Positions 21,472-29,359 of a DNA stretch of 29,359 bases are shown here, one piece after another. The position numbers and the translations under genes were made by a program. A model generated the notes under the pieces. It was not told where the DNA came from, ran no database searches, and saw only the letters and a program-made list of their open reading frames with translations. Every line of letters starts with the position of its first letter. The first letter of the stretch is position 1. Source of the stretch: Chiloscyllium plagiosum (Eukaryota); assembly GCF_004010195.1 (NCBI RefSeq), contig NC_057718.1:37567650-37597008 (forward strand), given 5' to 3'.

Positions 21472-23042
21472 TCACCCACATCTTCTTAAGCTCAATAATA
21501 CAATTAAAATGCCATTAACTATTGATTATTTTCTATTAAGCTATTTGGATGAAATTTGCAGGAAAGATAACTTATTAGATGTCTACAAGGCAGTCAGACT
21601 CAGTGAGATTTTGTAATGTGGACATTAAGAGGAATATATACTTTAGCAGATATATACAAGGTAACTGTTAGGGTGGGTGGGTTTGTAGTGGATATTGGTG
21701 ACCAGCCCAGTGGAGCACATAACAAAAGAAAATTATTACAGGATGCTGATATGGCCTACTCTAAACCTGCCACTGGTTTGAGATTTTAATAAAATAAGAG
21801 ACACGGACTTAAAAGTATGGGACAAAAACAGATTTTACAATCAGATTCAGTATTTTTATGTCATACATGATAAGACAAATGAATGTAGTTGAAATGATGG
21901 CAAAATGGATTAGACCTGATTGGGAGAAGCAGGTACATTGCTGACTATAAGAGTTGTGGAGTATGGGAGTGCAATTTCTGAATGATGAGTTCAAAGATGT
22001 TTGTGAAATTATAAATATTATGGTGATAAGTACCACAGCTGGAAGTTTCAGCAATGCACTGTAAAATAAATTACGTGCATTGATGTAATGTTCCATCTGA
22101 TCTGAGCTGATCAACCAAACTGCAAGTTGATGATGACCCTGGCATAAGCAGTTCATGCAAAGAGTTCACTTCAAATGTTGGGAGCTATCTGCAGATCTTA
22201 TCAATTGAGAGTATCCTATAATACCTTCTAATATGCCCTAGAAGAGATTATAATTGATCTAATTTTTCTCTGCACATTTTTAATGCTCTACAAGCGGGGA
22301 AAAGTGCATTCATCAAAGCAGAGGTCAGAGAAAATTTGGAAAGCACTGCAGCATTGCATAGAATACTTGAGATCCCCCTTTATTTAGTATATTCTAATAT
22401 AGCATGTTAAGAAGAGTGCTGGGCGGATAAAGTGATAGGGTGTGATGGGAAGAGTGTTCCTCCGGCATGGTAGGCAAACTGTTAAGGCTCATTCATCTCA
22501 GTTAATTAGGATTGCCTGCAACTTTCGTAATCTATGGAATTAATGCCAGTTGACAAGGTATCCTCATGTTGAAGAATCAGAAGGAACAGAAGTCATTCAG
22601 AACAGGTTAGATGACAATAAGCAGAATGGTAATGAAGGACTATTCTATCCAATGAAGTTCAACAACTTTGAAAACTTGCATTAGCAAAACAATTACCTGA
22701 AGGTTCCAGTGAATGAAGAGATGTGCCAATTGTAGGAAGCAATGAGAATGTCCAACATGGTGGACAAGCTGTCAGATCTATGGACTAGCAAGATGACACG
22801 TATTAGTGGAAATCAAGAAAAGGCAGTGATTTTTGTGTAGTAGATCTCTGAATGATTTTCGTGCTTGAAAATGATCAAATACTGACAACAGAACATCTGA
22901 TCATTAAAGAGTAGGATCCTGTAACAGGAGTCCAGAAAGACAAAGGAGGGAAAGTTATGGGTGTAGCATGATTAATTTATGCAATAGAATAAAGGCTACA
23001 AAGCAATACTAGAATATAACTGGAAGTAGAAACTGCAGTGAT

Positions 23043-23268
23043 TGTAACAAGGTCAGCCAGATGGGCCTCACAGGACATGAGTTCCCTGACTAGGGCTGTT
23101 AATCTGGTCCAATCAGGATACCTTGGCTGACAGATATAAACAGGAGTGTCAGACATCCTCACACTCTGAGAGCTGGCTCTGAGGGAGCCAGGTCAGTGTC
23201 AAAGATTCTCCAAAAGCAAATAAAGGGTGATTTGGTGGTGGGATACCAACCTCTGTGGAGTTATTTCA
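23043..23268 (+). mobile_element. Solo LTR (Gypsy-like), 226 bp
   Basis: TGTAACAA...TTATTTCA ends, with CCAAT (23109), TATAAA (23135) and AATAAA (23219) in canonical order. No adjacent PBS/PPT; TSD not preserved (GTGAT/GAAAC). Confidence 0.75.
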
Positions 23269-23344
23269 GAAACCGTTTCTGACCAGGAGGTCATGGTGCC
23301 TTCCAACAAATTAAAAGATAATTAATAGAATAGAAGCATTGGAT

Positions 23345-23452
23345 AAAAACCAAAAGAACTGCAGATGCTGTAAATCAGAGACAAAAACAGAAGTCGCTGG
23401 AAAAGCTCAGCAGACCCAGCAGCATCAGTGAAGAGAAATCAAAGGGTAATGT
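23345..23452 (-). mobile_element. Penelope-like terminal-repeat fragment, truncated at the hammerhead
   Basis: GAACTGCAGATGCTG...GCTGGAAAAGCTCAGCAG...CAGCATC is similar to 29229-29297. Confidence 0.7.
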
Positions 23453-24070
23453 CCTAGACCCAACCATATTCAGCTGCTTCATCAGTGATCAGCCGTCCAG
23501 CATAAGGTCAGAAGTGGAGATCTTTACTGATAACTGCACAATGTTCAGCACCATTCTCAACTCCTCAGATACTAAAGCAGCCCATGTTCAAATGCAGAAA
23601 AACCTGGATAATATTCAAGCTTGGGCTGAAAAGCACCAAGTAACATTCATGCCATCCAAAAGCTAGGCAATGACATCTCCAACTAGGGACAATCTAGCCA
23701 TTGACTTTTGATATTCAATGGTACTACCATCATTGAATTCCCCACTATCAATATACTGGTGGCTACAATTGATGAGGAACTGAACTTAGCTAGTCATATA
23801 AATACTATGGCTATAAACAGTAGGTCAGAGGCTAGGAATAGTGCAGTGAGTAAATCACCTCCTGACTCCCCAAAGTCTATCTACCATCTACAAGCCTCAA
23901 ATCAGCAGTGTGATGGAATACTGCCAACTTGCTCTGAAGCACTCAAGAAGCTTGACACCATTCAACAGAAAGCAGTCTGCTGATTGACACCACAACCACT
24001 AATATCCATTCCTTCCACCACGGACACTCAGTAGCAGCACAGTACAAGATGTGCTGCAGAATTTCACCAA
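23450..24070 (+). mobile_element. Old CR1-group LINE RT fragment
   Basis: VLDPTIFSCFISDQPSSIRSEVEIFTDNCTMF (decayed FADD), NLDNIQAWAEKHQVTFMPSK, KKLDTIQQKAVC. Confidence 0.85.
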
Positions 24071-24099
24071 AAGAACAAGGGCATCAGATTTATGGGAAC

Positions 24100-24890
24100 A
24101 TGGGTCCCTACACTCGCCTCTGGAACATCTGGATAACAAGGACACCTGCGTCAGACTCACATTTATTGACTTTAGCTCTGCCTTCAACACCATAATTCCA
24201 ACCAAACTCATCTCCAAATTCTGAGACCTCAGACTCTGCTCTCCCCTCTGCAACTGGATAATCAACTTCCTGACCCGCAGACTATAATTAGTAGGACTAG
24301 GTGATAACACCTCATTGGCAATAATCCTCAACACTGCTGCCCCTCAAGGCTGCATACCCAGCCTTTTACTATACTCTTTATGCACTCAAAACTGTGTGGC
24401 CAATTTCAGCTCAAACTCCATTTACAAATTTGCTGATAACATCACCATAGCGTACACCAAAGATAAAAGAGTGTACAGGAAATAAATAAACAGCTTAGAG
24501 GCATGGTATAAAGACAACAACCTTTCCCTTAATGTCAGCAAAATGAAGGAGCTTGTCATTGACTTCAGGAAGCGGAGTGGAGGACATGCTCCTGTCAGTA
24601 TCAATGCTGCTGAGGTGGAGGTGGTCGAGAGCTTCAAGTTCATCAGAGCAAATCTCACCAATCATCTACCTTTGTCCACCCACTTCGACACAACAGTCAA
24701 GAAAACACACCAACACCTCTACTTTCCAGAAAGCTAAGGAAATTTGACATGTCCACAAAGATTCTTACCAATTTTTATAGGTGCACTACAGAAAGCATCC
24801 TATCCAGGTGCATCACAGCTTGGTATGGCAATTGCTCTGCCCAAGACCACAAGAAATTACAGAGTTGTGAACGCAGCCCAGTCCATCGCC
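24100..24890 (+). mobile_element. Rex1/Babar-type LINE RT fragment
   Basis: LEHLDNKDTCVRLTFIDFSSAFNTIIPTKLISK, APQGCIPS, IYKFADN, KELVIDFRK, NFYRCTTESILSRCITAWYGNCS. Confidence 0.88.
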
Positions 24891-24900
24891 AGTTTTCCTT

Positions 24901-24963
24901 CCAGGTTACACTTTCAAATAAAGCTGTTGGGCTATAACCTGGTGTTGTGTGATTTTAACTTTA
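24901..24963 (+). mobile_element. Fragment of a second Penelope-like terminal-repeat family
   Basis: CAAATAAAGCTGTTGGGCTATAACCTGGTGTTGTGTGATTTTAACTTT, which I recall as a common shark repeat end. Preceded by CCAGGTTA, an inverted copy of its internal TAACCTGG. Confidence 0.5.
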
Positions 24964-24989
24964 TTTAAGTTTAGCACAGTCATTTCCAA

Positions 24990-25790
24990 CTCCAGTGTAT
25001 CTTTCTCAGCTGAATGCTAAATTCTATCAGCTTATGATCACTGTTTCCGAGTGGATCATTTACTTTGACATTATTTATTAAATCTGCCTCATTACTCATT
25101 AACAGATCCAAAATAGCCTAATTCCTGGAGGAACATATTGTTCTTGGAAACTGACCCAAAATATATTCTATCGAGTTTTACTTGTGGCTATCTCTACCAA
25201 TTTAGTTTTCCCAATTTACATGTCGATTAAAATCCTCCATAATTAATGCACTACCTTTTTTACATCCTCTTATTATCTCATGATTTGTTTTATGCTGGAG
25301 GGCTTATCAGTTGTGTTATTTCTTCTCTCTACCCTTATGGACTGTACATCATCTGGACCAAGATCATTTCTCGCTACCATGCCTATTCTATCCTGTACTA
25401 ACAAAGCTACCCACCATCCTTTCTTTGCTGACTGACCTTTGAAGGAAAAATCCCATCCCCTCGAAAACTTTGTTTGGATTTCTTCGGAGCCATTTTTCTG
25501 TAATGGCAATAAGATCAAACCCATTAGCCTCTACTTGTGCTGTTAACTAATTTAATTTGTTCTGAATATTGCATGTATTTAAATTTTGCTTGTCTGCTGT
25601 TTTTTTCCCTGTTTGAACCTACTCCTTGTTTGTTTTTGTATATTTGTACACTTTATCACATCTGGTCCCACATTGGTGACATTACCTAAGTTGTTGCCAT
25701 GCAGTACTGCCATATCCTCTTGCTTTACAAACCTCCACTCTCCAGAACCCTGCCCCTTCTTTGTTTAGCTTAAAGCCCTCCCTTCAGTTT
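24990..25790 (-). mobile_element. Degraded CR1 LINE APE region
   Basis: Minus strand: GWDFSFKG..KKGWWVALLV, LIMEDFNRHVNWEN, ILDLLMSNEADLINNVKVNDPLGNSDHKLIEF (APE GDFN, LD and SDH motifs). Confidence 0.82.
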
Positions 25791-27164
25791 TGGTTATAAT
25801 TTGGCAGGTCAGTAGAAGTCCTAGACAACATTAATCTGGCAGCCTGTCATGGGAGAAGAAGCTCCCAGCCTGTGTATTATTGTTCAGCTAAGATGTAGGT
25901 ATGTGTTCCCTTAGGGCTAAAAATCTAATTGGTGTTCAGTAAACATCAACTTGAGTTCATTCAAAAGGGAAATTGTTATTCGGACATGAGATCAAACCCT
26001 GGCTTTGATGGTGGGAAGGTGCAGACACGCTGGCTCCAGTATGTTGTGACTCCTGCTTAATTTCTCTGTAGATTCCAAATAACTGCCCTTGTTTATTTGT
26101 GTCTTGGTCAAAGGAAAACCAGAAATTTGCATTTGTCTGTAACACTTGAAGTGTGACGGACATCTGGAACGCAATGGACTAGAAGTAGGTGAATACACAG
26201 ATTCTACAACTAAATGGATGGTAACACTTCTCAAGGTCAACTATTGTTGCACATTAATTCTATAAGATTAATTACCACCTCTCTCTACAATCTTTCAACA
26301 AATGGTAAGGTAATGTAATGGTAATTGAAGTGTCATAGAATGCACTCACAATAGAGATTTTACTGCAATGCGTTCCAGGCTAGTTAATGTTCAGATGATG
26401 ATTCCCTTACCGTCGAAAAATTTAATGCCTTATAAAAAGTCAAATGTGTCATTGTGAAATCTCATACTGTATTTAGCTTGGAAAGAAACCTCAGCATGAA
26501 TCACGCAAAACTGCTAACTAATTCTCTTGCAACTCAATAAAATCTTCCTGCACCATCCCTGGGGTATGCAAAGGGAAGGTTTAACGTCTGGAATCTGTCT
26601 TTCATATGTTATTATTAAAAGAGTCAGACAGTTCCCTCTGACATGGCAAATCAGGAAATTCAAAAATTCTTACTTTTAACAAAGGGAATCTGAAGAACTG
26701 TGTGCCTTTGAATTCAATAAAAGCTGATGAAGCGCTTTTCCTGTTATACACAAGAAACACAGTTCCACATGGCTCTTAAAGTCGAAAAGGAAAGTGCAGG
26801 AAGCAGCAGCAGAAGGACTGCACTTTGATGATTTATGACACAATAACATTACAACGGGATAAAGGATCAAGTATAGTATGCAAAAGCAATATGATAGTCA
26901 AGTGGTGCACAGAATAGCCTTCAACTTCAACTATTTAAAAGCTGCACCTTGTAGTTGTATACTATTACCACAATTTATACTGCCCATTCTCCTCTCAAAT
27001 TCATAACTTTGTGAGAGGATAGGTACTCTTTTTTATTGGGGGGACCTCTTCCTGTTTCTCCTATATTGTGTCAAAAGCCTGCCTCCTGAAATAGTTCTTT
27101 TTAGAGCTTGTCTCTAGGCCTTACAGACTACAGATGGGAGGTGGAAGACCTGGAAAAACGGTGC

Positions 27165-27928
27165 ACTGAGAACAATCAGCAAAACCAAGGAACTCTTTAT
27201 TGACTTTCGGCAGGACGTTACTCATGCTCCCCCACACATTAACAGCACAGAGGTGGAACGAGTGGAGGGTGTTCAGCTCCTGGGAGTGGTCATCCACAAC
27301 AAGCTTTCTTGAACTCTTCATGTGGACAGACTGGTTACAAAAGCCCAACAACATCTCTTCTTCCTCAGGCAGCTAAGAATATTTGGCATGACAGCAACTA
27401 TCCTTGCCAACTTTTATAGGTGTCTAGATTAGAGTGGTGCTAGAAAAGCACAGCAGGACTTTTATAGGTGCGCCATCGAGAGCATTCTGTCAGGATGTAT
27501 CACTACCTGGTATGGCAACTGTACTATTCAAGATCAGATACGGTTATGGAGAGTGGTGAACTCGGCCCGGACAATCACAAAAGCCAACCTCCCATCTATA
27601 GAATCCATCTACCAAGGCCACTGTCAAGGAAAGGCCACCAGCATTCTCAAAGATCCATCCCATCTACTACCTCTACCATCGGGGAGAAGGTACAGAAGCC
27701 TGAACACACATACCAGCCGGTTTTGAAACAGTTTCTACCCTATTGTTGTTAGAATACTGAATGGACTCACAAACTCTTAACATTTGCCTGCACCTGTGTT
27801 TTTGTTTTTGCCGCTATTTACCTATTATATACTTACTTATGCTATTTAACTGTGTGATCTGCCTGTATGGCTTGCAAGACACTGTGTCTCATTACACGTG
27901 ACAATAAATTCAATTCATTCATTCATTA
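27165..27928 (+). mobile_element. 5'-truncated Rex1/Babar-type LINE with (ATTC)n tail
   Basis: SKTKELFIDFRQ, KAQQHLFFLRQLRIFG, FYRCAIESILSGCITTWYGNC, LPSGRRYRSL..SFYP; AATAAA + ATTCAATTCATTCATTCATT tail. Confidence 0.9.
27423..27457. mobile_element. 35-bp Penelope-like terminal-repeat micro-insertion with 13-bp TSD
   Basis: GTGGTGCTAGAAAAGCACAGCAGG matches GTGTTGCTGGAAAAGCGCAGCAGG (29261-29284) at 21 of 24 positions. Flanked by ACTTTTATAGGTG (27410-27422 and 27458-27470). Confidence 0.8.
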
Positions 27929-28434
27929 TGAATTTTTCAACTTTTATTTCATCTTTCTAGATCTTATTGTTTGGCTGTTTTTGTTGGATGTTTAAAAGGA
28001 AGTACAGCTTAAGATTTCCTGAAATTATTTGAAAAATAACAGTATCAGAGAATGAAACTACACCATCCCCCCTCTGAATGAGGTTACCAATGTATAAACA
28101 ATTTTATGTTGTGAGTGCATGAATAATTGGAACTGAATTGAGATTTAGCAAATAGCACCAGTCTCTAAAGGAGTTAGCTCATCAATCCAATCTGGATTTG
28201 ATTGCAAGTTCCAGAAATCAATGGTCAATATTTAAATCACTGCACCACCTATTCCCCAATTAACACCTATAGTGTTGAGCTTCACTGACCTATAAGTTAG
28301 CCTTTAGGCTTTTCTTATTTTCTGTCTCAGATCCTCCAATTGATGGTGCTGCATGTGAACAGAAAGCTCCCTAATTTTATGTACATTTGTCTCTGGGCCA
28401 CTATCAAGCTGATACCTTGAGAATTGACGAGGTA

Positions 28435-28557
28435 TTTTTTAAACTTTTTTTAATCAACTTGATCTGATGTCTGTGACATCCTTCCATGTCAGCTGAGACT
28501 TGAACCCAGACGTTCTAGCCCAGGAATAGTCATGATGACCATTGCACCACAAAACCC
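28435..28557 (-). mobile_element. Short tRNA-derived SINE
   Basis: Minus strand GGGTTTTGTGGTGCAATGGT (A box), GGGTTCAAGTCTC (B box, 28496-28506), A-rich tail. Confidence 0.65.
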
Positions 28558-29215
28558 AACGAGTTTCTTTAATCTCACCTTCGTGTTCCCTGAGTGAACT
28601 ATGGTTTACAAGTGTTTCTAATCTTACTCTGGAATGAGTCAGAAGGGTAAAAATTGAAAACTGTTCTGACTTTGATCACTATTAGTGACAGAAGTTATCT
28701 TGCCTGCATATCTTGCTGAGAAGACAGTATATAGATGCCCTAATATCAGCCTGCATATGTGTCATCTACCAGCATGAGTTGACCCTACATCTAGTGTGCC
28801 ACCAGATATATGGAGTGCCGTTTTCCTATCTTACTCATATTTTGTTAAACTGGTAGGTAATTCTAAGCTCACCACCTGGGCTACAGCCTGGCACATGATG
28901 TCAATCAACCATTGCACAATCCTCCCATTTTTTGGCTCATATATGGGTTTAACATCAAGGTGGTTTTACAATGCTACTGCCCAGCCAGGGAGGTTGTAAA
29001 TGATCCTTGCTGAATCTAATCCCCATAGAATCCAAAAGACAAAAGTGTCAGCTCAAGTATTTAGCAGCTCATATATTAGTAAACAGTAAGGCAAACACAC
29101 TGATCCCCTATAGCAGTCCTGTTTCAAAGAAGGATTAGCAGTGCATCACATTCACCTTGAAATAAGTGCTTCCCATTTAAGAATCTGACAATAATAAACT
29201 CACCGACCCTAATGG

Positions 29216-29359
29216 AGGAGAAAGTGAGGACTGCAGATGCTGGAGATCAGAGCTGAAAATGTGTTGCTGGAAAAGCGCAGCAGGTCAGGCAGCATCCAGG
29301 GAACAGGAGAATCGACGATTCGGGCATAAGCCCTTCTTCAGGAATGAGGAAAGTGTGTC
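29216..29359 (-). mobile_element. Penelope-like element terminal repeat, continuing past the window end
   Basis: Homologous to the pieces at 8728-8856, 23345-23452 and 27423-27457; contains a hammerhead-like core. Confidence 0.8.
29309..29346 (-). ncRNA. Minimal type I hammerhead ribozyme motif (one core substitution)
   Basis: Minus strand CATTC-CTGAAGA-A-GGGC-TTAT-GCCC-GAAT-CGTC-GATTC: CUGAnGA box, 4-bp stem II, GAA(U instead of A), GUC site. Stem I is imperfect. Confidence 0.65.

Noticed and set aside
21840..22960. Purine-rich stretch that might be a decayed coding or retroelement sequence
   Set aside because: No motif recoverable in any frame by eye.
26724..26760. CTGATGA...GAAA as another hammerhead
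   Set aside because: The intervening sequence cannot form stem II and there is no stem I.

Overview
Repeat-dense, AT-rich vertebrate non-coding DNA (intergenic or intronic). The repeat content (HE1-type V-SINE, CR1 LINEs with (TCATAGAG)n tails, Rex1/Babar LINEs, Penelope-like terminal repeats) points to a cartilaginous fish, probably a carpet/bamboo shark; this is inference from recalled repeat families. I found no host protein-coding gene. Every ORF in the track with recognisable similarity comes from a retroelement, and the rest look like chance ORFs. The main feature is a nearly full-length but dead CR1 LINE on the minus strand (5380-10119): ORF1 zinc-finger/coiled-coil/SGNH esterase, ORF2 APE endonuclease + RT, an assembly gap, internal tandem duplications and a nested insertion. 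The most interesting signal is a set of short non-coding Penelope-like (PLE) terminal-repeat pieces (8.7, 21.4, 23.4, 27.4, 29.3 kb). Three carry or reconstruct a minimal type I hammerhead ribozyme core, and two sit as 35-130 bp insertions with 11-14 bp target-site duplications, one with an internal inversion. Second, an old CR1-group LINE appears to have a tRNA-like (Pol III) head, with SINE-like head+tail derivatives elsewhere in the window. Several unique-sequence islands with hairpins are weaker ncRNA/enhancer candidates. All family names come from reading the sequence by eye; no database search was run.
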